Shown: positions 1 to 8,015 of the stretch, in pieces
How the letters are laid out: each line of letters opens with the position of its first letter
Position numbering within the stretch: position 1 is the stretch's first letter
Origin: a virus
Lineage: Duplodnaviria > Heunggongvirae > Uroviricota > Caudoviricetes
Direction: 5' to 3' (one strand)
Virus record (IMG/VR): IMGVR_UViG_2695420653_000007
Coordinates: 1-16,682 of that record
Length of the DNA: 16,682 nt
Notes under the pieces: generated by a model
The model's input: the letters and a program-made list of their open reading frames with translations, nothing else
Databases searched by the model: none
Told to the model about the DNA's origin: nothing
Program-made: the position numbers and the translations under genes

Positions 1-1248
1 ATGGCACTGAATATTCCATTCAGAAATGCGTACTATCGTTTTGCATCCAGTTACTCATTTCTCTTTTTTATTTCCTGGTCGCTGTGGTGGTCGTTATACG
101 CTATTTGGCTGAAAGGACATCTAGGGTTGACAGGGACGGAATTAGGTACACTTTATTCGGTCAACCAGTTTACCAGCATTCTATTTATGATGTTCTACGG
201 CATCGTTCAGGATAAACTCGGTCTGAAGAAACCGCTCATCTGGTGTATGAGTTTCATCCTGGTCTTGACCGGACCGTTTATGATTTACGTTTATGAACCG
301 TTACTGCAAAGCAATTTTTCTGTAGGTCTAATTCTGGGGGCGCTCTTTTTTGGCCTGGGGTATCTGGCGGGATGCGGTTTGCTTGACAGCTTCACCGAAA
401 AAATGGCGCGAAATTTTCATTTCGAATATGGAACAGCGCGCGCCTGGGGATCTTTTGGCTATGCTATTGGCGCGTTCTTTGCCGGCATATTTTTTAGTAT
501 CAGTCCCCATATCAACTTCTGGTTGGTCTCGCTATTTGGCGCTGTATTTATGATGATCAACATGTGTTTTAAAGATAAGGATCACCAGTGCGTAGCGGCG
601 GATGCGGGAGGGGTAAAAAAAGAGGATTTTATCGCAGTTTTCAAGGATCGAAACTTCTGGGTTTTCGTCATATTTATTGTGGGGACGTGGTCTTTCTATA
701 ACATTTTTGATCAACAACTTTTTCCTGTCTTTTATGCAGGTTTATTCGAATCACACGATGTAGGAACGCGCCTGTATGGTTATCTCAACTCATTCCAGGT
801 GGTACTCGAAGCGCTATGCATGGCGATTATTCCTTTCTTTGTGAATCGGGTAGGGCCAAAAAATGCATTACTTATCGGTGTTGTGATTATGGCGTTGCGT
901 ATCCTTTCCTGCGCGCTGTTCGTTAACCCCTGGATTATTTCATTAGTGAAGCTGTTACATGCTATTGAGGTTCCACTTTGTGTCATATCCGTCTTCAAAT
1001 ACAGCGTGGCAAATTTTGATAAGCGCCTGTCGTCGACGATCTTTCTGATTGGTTTTCAAATTGCCAGTTCGCTTGGGATTGTGCTGCTTTCAACGCCGAC
1101 TGGGATACTCTTTGACCACGCAGGCTACCAGACAGTTTTCTTCGCAATTTCGGGTATTGTCTGCCTGATGTTGCTATTTGGCATTTTCTTCCTGAGTAAA
1201 AAACGCGAGCAAATAGTTATGGAAACGCCTGTACCTTCAGCAATATAG
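1..1248 (+). CDS. MFS transporter, LacY-like oligosaccharide:H+ symporter family (415 aa); probable chromosomal flank of the prophage
   Basis: Full-length ORF in track; strongly hydrophobic multi-helix protein; from memory it aligns along its length with E. coli LacY (DKLGLKKPLIW vs LacY DKLGLRKYLLW; YVYEPLLQSN vs FIFGPLLQYN). Window begins exactly at its ATG, so upstream signals are not visible. Confidence 0.8.
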   Translation: MALNIPFRNAYYRFASSYSFLFFISWSLWWSLYAIWLKGHLGLTGTELGTLYSVNQFTSILFMMFYGIVQDKLGLKKPLIWCMSFILVLTGPFMIYVYEPLLQSNFSVGLILGALFFGLGYLAGCGLLDSFTEKMARNFHFEYGTARAWGSFGYAIGAFFAGIFFSISPHINFWLVSLFGAVFMMINMCFKDKDHQCVAADAGGVKKEDFIAVFKDRNFWVFVIFIVGTWSFYNIFDQQLFPVFYAGLFESHDVGTRLYGYLNSFQVVLEALCMAIIPFFVNRVGPKNALLIGVVIMALRILSCALFVNPWIISLVKLLHAIEVPLCVISVFKYSVANFDKRLSSTIFLIGFQIASSLGIVLLSTPTGILFDHAGYQTVFFAISGIVCLMLLFGIFFLSKKREQIVMETPVPSAI

Positions 1249-1386
1249 ACGTAAACTTTTCCGGTTGTTGTCGATATCTCCCTATCCCTCAACCGGAAAA
1301 TAATAATACTAAAGTGCTTAGCCCTGCTAATAATCACCTAATCCAAACGCCTCATTCATGTTCTGGTACAGTCGCTCAAATGTACT

Positions 1387-1563
1387 TCAGATGCGCGGTT
1401 CGCTGATTTCCAAGACATTGTCGTCATTCAGCGACCTGTCCCGTGTATCACGGTCCTGCGAATTCATCAAGGAATGCATTGCGGAGTGAAGTATCGAGTC
1501 ACGCCATATTTCGCTATCAGGATTCTGTGTGATGGTTACATCGCCCGGCCCAGGGCTGTTTAG
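1387..1563 (-). pseudogene. Possible degraded C-terminal remnant of a tyrosine integrase (no start codon, about 58 codons)
   Basis: Minus-strand frame reads ...DSILHSAMHSLMNSQDRDTRDRSLNDDNVLEISEPRI*, which loosely resembles my recollection of the lambda Int C-terminus (HLLGHKSDTMASQYRDDRGREWDKIEIK), with the catalytic Tyr position replaced by Asp. It sits immediately downstream of xis on the same strand, where int is expected. Weak similarity; could be chance. Confidence 0.25.
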
Positions 1564-1776
1564 TCATCAGCGCTTTCTGACAGTGCTGAGATTTCAACCT
1601 GTTGCAGTAAAAATGAGTAGATATAAGGCAAGTGTGCTGCCAAACCTATCTTTTACGGGGTGAAGGTAGATTTCGTTTGAAGGGTATCTGGTGTCCCCTG
1701 CAGACATCTACTTGAAGCGGCAGGGGATTGATTGGAATGGTGTTTTTTAGATGTGAAAAAAATTTTACCCGCTATT

Positions 1777-1977
1777 TTACCCATTGGCGCGGCTTAAGAG
1801 CTTATTTTTGAATTCACAATGGTCACGATATAACCATCTTGCTCGCCCGTGGATAACTTTGGCTTTAGGCAGGTCCCCGGACTTAATCCGGTCATAGATG
1901 AAGGTTTTACCGAAGCCAGTATCGGCCATGATGAATTTCAAATCAACCAGTGAATCAGGCTGTAGTTCGTGTTGCAT
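1777..1977 (-). CDS. xis: Excisionase-like small DNA-binding protein (AlpA/Xis HTH family), 66 aa
   Basis: Track ORF; short basic protein with pattern LVDLKFIMADTGFGKTFIYDRIKSGDLPKAKVIHGRARWLYRDHCEF typical of AlpA/Xis-type HTH excisionases; GGAG about 10 nt upstream of ATG; last gene of the leftward operon, the usual xis position. Confidence 0.7.
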   Translation of the reverse strand: MQHELQPDSLVDLKFIMADTGFGKTFIYDRIKSGDLPKAKVIHGRARWLYRDHCEFKNKLLSRANG

Positions 1978-2022
1978 GAGTGCTATCTCCGAATAGGGAA
2001 TCGAACCTGCAAATCAGGCAAT

Positions 2023-2043
2023 AAAAAAACCGCATTGATGCGG
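2023..2043 (-). terminator. Intrinsic terminator on minus strand (5-bp GC stem CCGCA/TGCGG, 4-nt loop, T7 run)
   Basis: Minus strand reads CCGCA-TCAA-TGCGG-TTTTTTT; lies between the 114-aa gene and xis. Confidence 0.55.
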
Positions 2044-2102
2044 CGATGGTAGGTCTGGATATCTTGAGAAATGAACTGGCCTCATCGAGTGTGAGGCTGT
2101 GG

Positions 2103-2447
2103 TTAGTCCTTGCGTAGCTCGCTAATTCTTCTGTAAGTCTCTGGTGCTTTGTTTCCGTGTATCTTCATTTCAGACTTCAACAGAGCAACGAGTGAATCCC
2201 ATTCGTTGAGGATTCCTTTGAATGCCGGAACGCGCTTTGCAACCTTGTCGAATGAATCTCTGATTTCTGGAATCTGCTCAACAAGTGCAACGCATCGCCG
2301 GAAATCGGCTGCGTCATGTGGAGCGCCGAAGTGATGACCATAGATATTCTTTTTCAGTCCACATGCGATTGAGGCAAGAGTTGCGCTACTGATGCCGACA
2401 TCGCCAGTCGATTGCCATTTCAAAACCTTCATAGCCAAATCTGACAT
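2103..2447 (-). CDS. Hypothetical prophage protein (114 aa)
   Basis: Track ORF; GGAG 8 nt upstream of ATG; flanked by hairpin terminators on both sides. No family recognised. Confidence 0.6.
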   Translation of the reverse strand: MSDLAMKVLKWQSTGDVGISSATLASIACGLKKNIYGHHFGAPHDAADFRRCVALVEQIPEIRDSFDKVAKRVPAFKGILNEWDSLVALLKSEMKIHGNKAPETYRRISELRKD

Positions 2448-2460
2448 TTCTTGTCTCCAT

Positions 2461-2485
2461 AAAACAAAACTCGCCGTAGCGAGTT
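2461..2485 (-). terminator. Intrinsic terminator A on minus strand (stem AACTCGC/GCGAGTT, loop of 4, then TTTTGTTTT), abutting the RBS of the 114-aa gene
   Basis: Perfect 7-bp inverted repeat followed on the minus strand by a T-rich run; directly seen. Confidence 0.5.
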
Positions 2486-2488
2486 CAG

Positions 2489-2516
2489 ATAAAAGAAAAC
2501 CCGCACTCGGCGGGTT
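2489..2516 (-). terminator. Intrinsic terminator B on minus strand (stem AACCCGC/GCGGGTT, loop of 5, then TTTTCTTTTAT), in tandem with terminator A
   Basis: Perfect 7-bp GC-rich inverted repeat followed on the minus strand by a T-rich tract. Confidence 0.5.
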
Positions 2517-2795
2517 CGCATTCGTTCAAATTGCGTTTACTTCTTGGCGTTCTGTTCATCCATATCGATATACCATGGGTTGCTTCCCTTGGGCATGTTT
2601 AACGACTGCTCGCGATAGTATCTGATGCGCTCCATGAAATACTCGCGTGAGTGCTCAGGTTGCTCTCATGATACCTGCTCAGTGATAACAGGTATGTTAA
2701 GGCGCTCTCTGTACTCCATGCCTGATGCTGCAAGGTCAACGTTTACCTTGTTCTGTTTTTCTTTCGATTTCTCGGCGATGTTATGCCTGACATTG

Positions 2796-3038
2796 TCAAC
2801 CCGCCTCCTTCTGAACATAACGGTTATAAATCAGTCCCTGAGGGCCATAAGGAAGCGGGATGTGCAACTCCTCTGGTTCAGAAACTATCCATTCTCCGGC
2901 CATCTCCGCTGGAGAGGTAATGATAAGTTGTTTGCTAATAAAAGGACCACTCCTCTCAACAACAAGCTTACCATCTTCATTAATAAAAGCTTGGATGTCA
3001 GGTGTGCTTCCACACTTGGTGATGCAGCGTTTGAACAT
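2796..3038 (-). CDS. Hypothetical small protein (about 80 aa, MFKRCITKCGSTPD...), moron-like unit with its own promoter
   Basis: Track ORF 2796..3080, but the upstream ATGs overlap the putative promoter; ATG at 3038 is preceded by a G-rich SD (GGGGGGA). AT-rich region with extended -10 immediately upstream. Confidence 0.5.
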   Translation of the reverse strand: MFKRCITKCGSTPDIQAFINEDGKLVVERSGPFISKQLIITSPAEMAGEWIVSEPEELHIPLPYGPQGLIYNRYVQKEAG

Positions 3039-3068
3039 TTTGTGTCCCCCCATTTTATGTACTGGGTA

Positions 3069-3077
3069 ATTATAACA
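3069..3077 (-). promoter_or_regulatory. Putative extended -10 promoter element (TGtTATAAT on minus strand) in AT-rich intergenic region 3039..3164
   Basis: Minus strand reads TGTTATAAT (plus attataaca at 3069..3077), a perfect TATAAT with upstream TG; -35 not convincing. Confidence 0.35.
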
Positions 3078-3164
3078 CATTGAAATATAGTAATATTTGA
3101 CGTAGATTTCTTTTGATCTATAAGCGATTTTTTAATGCTTTTAAGTTATAAATACTTGTTTTCA

Positions 3165-4091
3165 TCACCCATCTTGCTGCGGTGCTACTATTGAAAAGTG
3201 CTCACACCCTTTATCCCAAATAGTTTTGATAGTTGTCCAACTGACTGGAACCTTGATTTCGATTCTCCCGCTACAGTCACAAGTTTCGCAATCATCATCA
3301 CCAAAGCATTCCGGGCAGCTTATAAACGTAGTTTCTGAAAATTCACCGGATAGCACACCCTTAGCGCCGTTCTCGGCTGTTAGTCTCTTCGGCACCATGA
3401 CCCAACCATCCGGAATTACCGGAGAGTTGCCCGATAGTGCATTCTGCTCCAGTGATGCTTTTACAAACCACGCTGCCTGAACTATAACGCCATGAATCCA
3501 GCGCAAATCAGCATCGCGATCTTTCTTTTTCATCTTTTCGCCACTTAAGGCCTTGCTTATGTGGCTGCGTACCAGGTCTTCATGTAATTCCTTCGCCTCC
3601 TCAATGGTGAAACCACCAGGCAGAAGAGCCGGAGTTACCGGAGAGCTGGTTGACGCTTCCGGGATTTCCCGAAAATTATTGGTTGACGAATTCTTGCTTT
3701 CCCGAAAGTTTCCGGACTGAAGCATGGCGGTGCGGCAGGCGTTCCATATTTCGGCAGCAATATCGCGCTCGCTATCGGTTAATTTGTACGTGGAAACATA
3801 GCCAGAGAGCATTTCTACGTTTTCCGGAGTTGCTTCTTCCGGCACTACCGGCGCTGGCGGGGCGGCAAATAGATATCCGCCAAAGTCAGGAAGCTCTCCA
3901 ATGGCCTGTACGAACTTTTGTTTGCCTACGTCAACTCCTAATGGGTAATGAGCTATAATCTTTGCCACCGGCTCTGCTTCCAGCGATACCAGTGCAATCC
4001 GTGCCACTTCCATTTGTTCGCCACGAGTAAGTCCGTTATCAAGCGGATTTTTAATGAATAATTTGATACGTTCTTTGGTCATAGCGCTCAT
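3165..4091 (-). CDS. Hypothetical prophage early-region protein (308 aa) with C-terminal Cys cluster (CPECFGDDDCETCDCSG)
   Basis: Track ORF; start ATG lies 1 nt after the stop of the upstream Ea22-like gene. No confident family assignment. Confidence 0.65.
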   Translation of the reverse strand: MSAMTKERIKLFIKNPLDNGLTRGEQMEVARIALVSLEAEPVAKIIAHYPLGVDVGKQKFVQAIGELPDFGGYLFAAPPAPVVPEEATPENVEMLSGYVSTYKLTDSERDIAAEIWNACRTAMLQSGNFRESKNSSTNNFREIPEASTSSPVTPALLPGGFTIEEAKELHEDLVRSHISKALSGEKMKKKDRDADLRWIHGVIVQAAWFVKASLEQNALSGNSPVIPDGWVMVPKRLTAENGAKGVLSGEFSETTFISCPECFGDDDCETCDCSGRIEIKVPVSWTTIKTIWDKGCEHFSIVAPQQDG

Positions 4092-4092
4092 A

Positions 4093-4911
4093 TCACTCTC
4101 CTTTGATGCGAATGCCAGCGTCAGACATCATATGCAGATACTCAACTGCATCCTGAACCCATTGACCGCCAATCCCGTAATAGCGATGCGTAATGATGTC
4201 GATAGTTACTAACGGATCTTGTTCGATTAACTTCCGCAGAAACTCTTCCAGGTCACCAGTGCAGTGCTTGATGACAGGAGTTTTCCCAGGATGGCGAACA
4301 ACAAGAAACTGATTTCCGACTTCACGGACTTCGTTGCTTTCCAGTTCTGCAATGCGCTTCTCTGCGGCTTCCAGCTTCTCGCGCATATCGTCAACGTACT
4401 CGACCAGAGAACCGCCAGCAGGAATTTCGCACTCCTCGACCAGTTGGAAGTAGATATCAGCTGCGGCCCGTGTGTTGCTATGCCTAGCGTCGCCCATCTC
4501 ACCTTCACGAAGAGCATCGCGTTCGGCGGTAAGATTGGCTATTTTGCTGTCTTTGCCTTCCAGCTCAACGCGCAGCTTCCCTACCGTTAGCGCAATATCC
4601 TCGTTCTCCTGGTCGCGTGATTTGATGTATTGCTGGTTTCTTTCCCGTTCATCCAGTAATGCCAGCACGATAGCTGGATTGGCTGCGGCGATGAATTCAG
4701 CATTGGCCTGCTGTTCCATTTGGAAATCTTCATCGAAACCGCTTTCAGGATGCGCTCCTTCAATTCTGCAAATGGGAAGATATCCAACAACGTCACGATG
4801 AATTAGCGCATCATCACAATCAAATCGGCTCTCTCCATATTCGAGCGACCACACACCACACGTTGCTTTCTCTGCCTTTTCACGCAGTGCCTGATAGTCA
4901 ATTTTGCTCAC
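4093..4911 (-). CDS. ead/Ea22-like family protein (272 aa)
   Basis: N-terminus MSKIDYQALREKAEKAT... and central ...ANAEFIAAANPAIVLALLDE... match my recollection of lambda Ea22-like prophage proteins; followed by a coiled-coil-like region. Confidence 0.6.
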   Translation of the reverse strand: MSKIDYQALREKAEKATCGVWSLEYGESRFDCDDALIHRDVVGYLPICRIEGAHPESGFDEDFQMEQQANAEFIAAANPAIVLALLDERERNQQYIKSRDQENEDIALTVGKLRVELEGKDSKIANLTAERDALREGEMGDARHSNTRAAADIYFQLVEECEIPAGGSLVEYVDDMREKLEAAEKRIAELESNEVREVGNQFLVVRHPGKTPVIKHCTGDLEEFLRKLIEQDPLVTIDIITHRYYGIGGQWVQDAVEYLHMMSDAGIRIKGE

Positions 4912-5393
4912 TGGTTGCCCTCCTTCATAAAAATAATCCAGTGGGTCTTGTCACCCTTTCCTGTTCGTTGACCGATAACAGGCTTTCTGTCTGTCAGTGC
5001 CAATATTTGGCGAACAGGTATTTGCGTTTCATTCCATTTAAAAATCAGAACACCATATGGCCACAACACACGAAAGGCTTCTTTAAATCCCTGCCGCAAA
5101 TCATCACGCCAGGTATCTTTATTCAGCCGTCCATATTTCTTTCCCATCCAGGCGTTATCACCAACACGCTCAAGATGCGGAGGGTCGAATACAACAACCG
5201 GAAACGATGCGTCTGCAAATGGTAATGCACGAAAATCTGCTATCAGGTCAGGGCTAATTATCAGCCGTCGGCCATCACACAATATGTGATCTTCCTTTCT
5301 GATATCGCTAAATATCGCCCGGTCGTCCTTCTTATCGAACCAGAACATGCGACTGCCACAGCACATGTCGAGGATTGCTGCATGTCCAGTCAC
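4908..5393 (-). CDS. Small putative SAM-dependent methyltransferase (161 aa), GTG start overlapping upstream stop
   Basis: Motif I-like ILDMCCGSRMF near the N-terminus and motif IV-like VVFDPPH about 60 residues later, an arrangement seen in amino-methyltransferases (N6A/N4C DNA or RsmD-like). GTGA overlap with the upstream gene. Confidence 0.65.
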   Translation of the reverse strand: MTGHAAILDMCCGSRMFWFDKKDDRAIFSDIRKEDHILCDGRRLIISPDLIADFRALPFADASFPVVVFDPPHLERVGDNAWMGKKYGRLNKDTWRDDLRQGFKEAFRVLWPYGVLIFKWNETQIPVRQILALTDRKPVIGQRTGKGDKTHWIIFMKEGNQ

Positions 5394-6070
5394 TGGTTGC
5401 CTCCTTTGCGAAGCTGGGCGGCGAATCTCTCAGCATCAACAGCGCTTCCGCAATAGGCGGCGCGAGTCATGGAATCCAATTCGTTGCGGTTTTTTCTGAC
5501 GTATTCCTTCTGGCTTTCAGCAAACAACTCTACCCCCTGCGCCCGTACTTCAGCCAGGAATGCGTCGGTGGCTGGGGTTTCGATATTAGGCAGAAGCGCA
5601 TAATCGCAAATCGTATCGATCGCAGGATCACAACAGTCATCCTCGTTGCGTGGTCGTTCGCCAACCTTCGTTGACGATTGCATGATGATTCCCCAGCAAA
5701 TACTATCGACCTCTTCGCTCCATCCATCGCAAGCATCACCGCGATAGTCGTCGATTGCAGCCTCAGCCGATTCGATAGCTTCCTCAGCAGTTTTGTGCCA
5801 TTCAAAATTATGCTCAGAGCCATATGAGAAATATGAATGTCCCGCCTTCATCACCGCACTCTCCGCTGCCAGCGCCGCGCACTTGGCATCAATGTTATCA
5901 ATCGTGATTCCAGCAGAACGACACTCCCGCAACGCCGTTTCTAGTTTTGATTCAAGTTCACCGAACTTACGGACAAGATATTCAGCGTTTGTTTCGTTAA
6001 CCTTTAAATCTCGTGGGATGTATTTACCTTTCAGAAATCCATCCATCTCAATTAGTGACATTTGTTTCAT
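5390..6070 (-). CDS. Hypothetical acidic prophage protein (226 aa)
   Basis: Track ORF; translationally coupled at both ends (ATGA overlap with the 54-aa ORF upstream, GTGA with the methyltransferase downstream). Confidence 0.65.
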   Translation of the reverse strand: MKQMSLIEMDGFLKGKYIPRDLKVNETNAEYLVRKFGELESKLETALRECRSAGITIDNIDAKCAALAAESAVMKAGHSYFSYGSEHNFEWHKTAEEAIESAEAAIDDYRGDACDGWSEEVDSICWGIIMQSSTKVGERPRNEDDCCDPAIDTICDYALLPNIETPATDAFLAEVRAQGVELFAESQKEYVRKNRNELDSMTRAAYCGSAVDAERFAAQLRKGGNQ

Positions 6071-6231
6071 TTCTTCCCACTCCGCAACATCGCATTCAGA
6101 TATTTGTTTTGATTCACTGATGGAAAAGAATTTCTCTTAAGCAACTCCTCTCTCGATGGCATTGGCTTTACGCGTTGGCGAATAATCATTTCTGCCGGAA
6201 GAATGCCGGGATTGTATGCAAGTCCTCTCAT
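6067..6231 (-). CDS. Small hypothetical protein (54 aa, [54 protein letters not shown]), below the track size cutoff
   Basis: Found by manual translation; its ATG overlaps the stop of the upstream gene and its TGA overlaps the ATG of the downstream gene (ATGA at both ends), filling an otherwise empty 160-bp gap. Confidence 0.4.
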   Translation of the reverse strand: MRGLAYNPGILPAEMIIRQRVKPMPSREELLKRNSFPSVNQNKYLNAMLRSGKK

Positions 6232-6518
6232 GATTTACTCTCCACGAACTGGTCAATAGCCATGCTAAGTGACATACCTAAAGCTTCGATATGCTGCTGA
6301 ATATCCTGTAGCGTCTGCGCCTGAGATAACAGGATTTCACGGTTGCATAACTCTTTAACCAGATGCTCAAACTTGCTGTAATAACCGATACGACTTAGTG
6401 TTTCTTTCCCTGCATTCTCGCCTTCTTTGATAATGCCTCTTTCACTAAGAATCATGTCGTGTTTGGTTCCGGTAATAACGTATTTTCCGAGGTCGATGTT
6501 TAGCTTCATTGTTTTCAT
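6228..6518 (-). CDS. Hypothetical prophage protein (96 aa, [14 protein letters not shown]...)
   Basis: Track ORF 6228..6668 trimmed to the ATG at 6518, which is preceded by GAGGAA and does not overlap the upstream gene ending at 6529. Confidence 0.6.
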   Translation of the reverse strand: MKTMKLNIDLGKYVITGTKHDMILSERGIIKEGENAGKETLSRIGYYSKFEHLVKELCNREILLSQAQTLQDIQQHIEALGMSLSMAIDQFVESKS

Positions 6519-6528
6519 TGTTAATTCC

Positions 6529-6822
6529 TCAGTCATTACTGATAGCGCCATAGCGTGAGCGGTAATTACGCAGGCGCGGGTCAATTTCAGGGAAGTGGGT
6601 ATATGTGGCTTTGCGGAATGGTCGGATTGATGTCTGGTAAATTCGCTCGCGTTCTTCTTTCTCTGCAAGCCATATACAGTGGCGAAATTCCTTTTCCTCT
6701 TTCGTTTCCTGCGGTAGCGACATTATCCGGTCGTAGTTTTTCCTGAATTTATCCAGCACCTCCGATACGGAATTGCCGGAACAGCGGCGCGCGTCGTCCG
6801 CACCATACAGAGGCGCTGGCAT
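6529..6822 (-). CDS. Hypothetical prophage protein (97 aa)
   Basis: Track ORF; AAGGA 7 nt upstream of ATG; located immediately downstream of ssb. Confidence 0.6.
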   Translation of the reverse strand: MPAPLYGADDARRCSGNSVSEVLDKFRKNYDRIMSLPQETKEEKEFRHCIWLAEKEERERIYQTSIRPFRKATYTHFPEIDPRLRNYRSRYGAISND

Positions 6823-6845
6823 AATTAAATCCTTATTTTTCTAAA

Positions 6846-7229
6846 TCAGAATGGGATGGAATCGTCGTATACAGGAGTGTTCTGCTGGTTACTACTTTGC
6901 TGCTGCGGGCCATTTCCTGAAGCTGCAAATCCAATCTTTGCATTCAGTAATTCAAGAGTGATTGATTGACCATTTTGCCCCTGATAAACATCAACCCTGA
7001 TATTTTCTCCGGTAATTTCCACAATGCCACCTTCAACAAGAACACTACGGTAGTAATCCGCTTGCGCCCCCGGCTTGGCAAATACAACGGCGCTGTAGTT
7101 TGTCCATTCTTTCTTTTTTGTCTGGCGATCGTAATACTGAACGCCAGCACGGATGTTGAATCCGATATTTTCCCCGGCCTGAAACTCTCTTGCGGGCTTG
7201 TTTAGTCTTACTGTAATCGAATGTGCCAT
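6846..7229 (-). CDS. ssb: Single-stranded DNA-binding protein (phage SSB, about 127 aa)
   Basis: C-terminal acidic tail ...PVYDDSIPF (E. coli SSB ends DDDIPF); Gly/Gln/Asn-rich linker before the tail; start ATG overlaps the erf stop (TAATG). Confidence 0.8.
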   Translation of the reverse strand: MAHSITVRLNKPAREFQAGENIGFNIRAGVQYYDRQTKKKEWTNYSAVVFAKPGAQADYYRSVLVEGGIVEITGENIRVDVYQGQNGQSITLELLNAKIGFAASGNGPQQQSSNQQNTPVYDDSIPF

Positions 7230-7834
7230 TAAGCAGTTGCCCCTTCTAATTCGCCTCGTCTGATGTTGTAAACGTCCTGCGCTTTGTGCTGCTCCGGCGT
7301 CCCTTCGAGCATCTTCCACGCTTTGGCGAACGCCTGTTTAAGCTCTTCTACGGTGTTTTTCTGCATTGCTGCGTCAGTGAATGCTTTTAGAACCTGTTCA
7401 GGTGTAGGTGATGGTTTTGATTGCTTTGCTGCTGCGTTCTGCTGATGTTTATGCTCGTCGGTATCTGCATCTTTCGCATCATCAATGCCGAACAAACCAT
7501 TGAGGCAATACTTGCGTGCATAAGAGCTTGTAGCCCCCGTAACTTGTGCAGAATCCATTCCTTTCTTGCTTTCTTCCTCTCGTGCTAGTGCGGTTGCCGT
7601 ATGACTGTTTTCGCCATCGGTAATAGTTGCCGTGGCTTTCACATAATACCGATCACCAATCAACACAACTTCATCGCTGATTGATAAAAACAGGCCATTC
7701 AGTAACGGCTTAACGCCTTCAAGAATGTCTTCGCAGCTTCTGTATTTATATTTACCGAATGAGTTGTACTGATTCTTTGGCGCGTTCAGATTCTCCTGAA
7801 TAGCTGCCAGTCTTGCGTAAAATTCTTTGCTCAT
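7229..7834 (-). CDS. erf: Erf-family single-strand annealing recombinase (201 aa)
   Basis: From MSKEFYARLAAIQENLNAPKNQYNSFGKYKYRSCEDILEGVKPLL... onward it matches, as I recall it, Salmonella phage P22 Erf almost residue for residue; track ORF trimmed to the ATG at 7834. Confidence 0.9.
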   Translation of the reverse strand: MSKEFYARLAAIQENLNAPKNQYNSFGKYKYRSCEDILEGVKPLLNGLFLSISDEVVLIGDRYYVKATATITDGENSHTATALAREEESKKGMDSAQVTGATSSYARKYCLNGLFGIDDAKDADTDEHKHQQNAAAKQSKPSPTPEQVLKAFTDAAMQKNTVEELKQAFAKAWKMLEGTPEQHKAQDVYNIRRGELEGATA

Positions 7835-7844
7835 ATGATTGTTC

Positions 7845-8015
7845 TCAGAATGGACATGGCCCAAGGAAATAACGCTGATTTAATACTTCGACTCGGGACA
7901 AATTAAGGCATACCCGCATTCCTTCGCGGTCGCCATTATGGCGATACCAGAGAGCTTTCTGCGTGTACATGCGTCTCTGTAACTTGCTCTCCTTCACTGT
8001 GGTTGCAAGTGACAT
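7845..8015 (-). CDS. Small protein (56 aa, MSLATTVKESKLQRRMYTQKALWYRHNGDREGMRVCLNLSRVEVLNQRYFLGPCPF) in the arf position just upstream of erf
   Basis: Manual translation; strong SD (AAGGAG, 6-nt spacer) before ATG; stop lies 10 nt before the erf ATG. Positionally equivalent to P22 arf but identity not confirmed. Confidence 0.45.
   Translation of the reverse strand: MSLATTVKESKLQRRMYTQKALWYRHNGDREGMRVCLNLSRVEVLNQRYFLGPCPF

Noticed and set aside
328-998. Short ORFs overlapping the transporter gene (328..510, 350..553, 532..717, 780..998)
   Set aside because: Embedded within or antisense to a well-supported 415-aa membrane protein gene; typical spurious frames.
1996-2010. Complete tRNA gene at the xis start
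   Set aside because: Only the T-loop motif is present; the flanking sequence cannot form a 5-bp T-stem or an acceptor stem, so at most a fragment.
2625-3083. Plus-strand ORF of 152 aa (and 2392..2625, 2860..3069)
   Set aside because: Antisense to the minus-strand gene and promoter region, no SD, composition unlike a protein; the plus strand here lies in a consistently leftward-transcribed operon.
6846-7319. Longer 157-aa version of ssb starting at the upstream ATG (MEDARRDAG...)
   Set aside because: The N-terminal 30 codons overlap the erf C-terminus in another frame and look non-protein-like (Arg/Ala/Gly-rich); the internal ATG at 7229 gives a TAATG coupling with erf and a normal SSB N-terminus.
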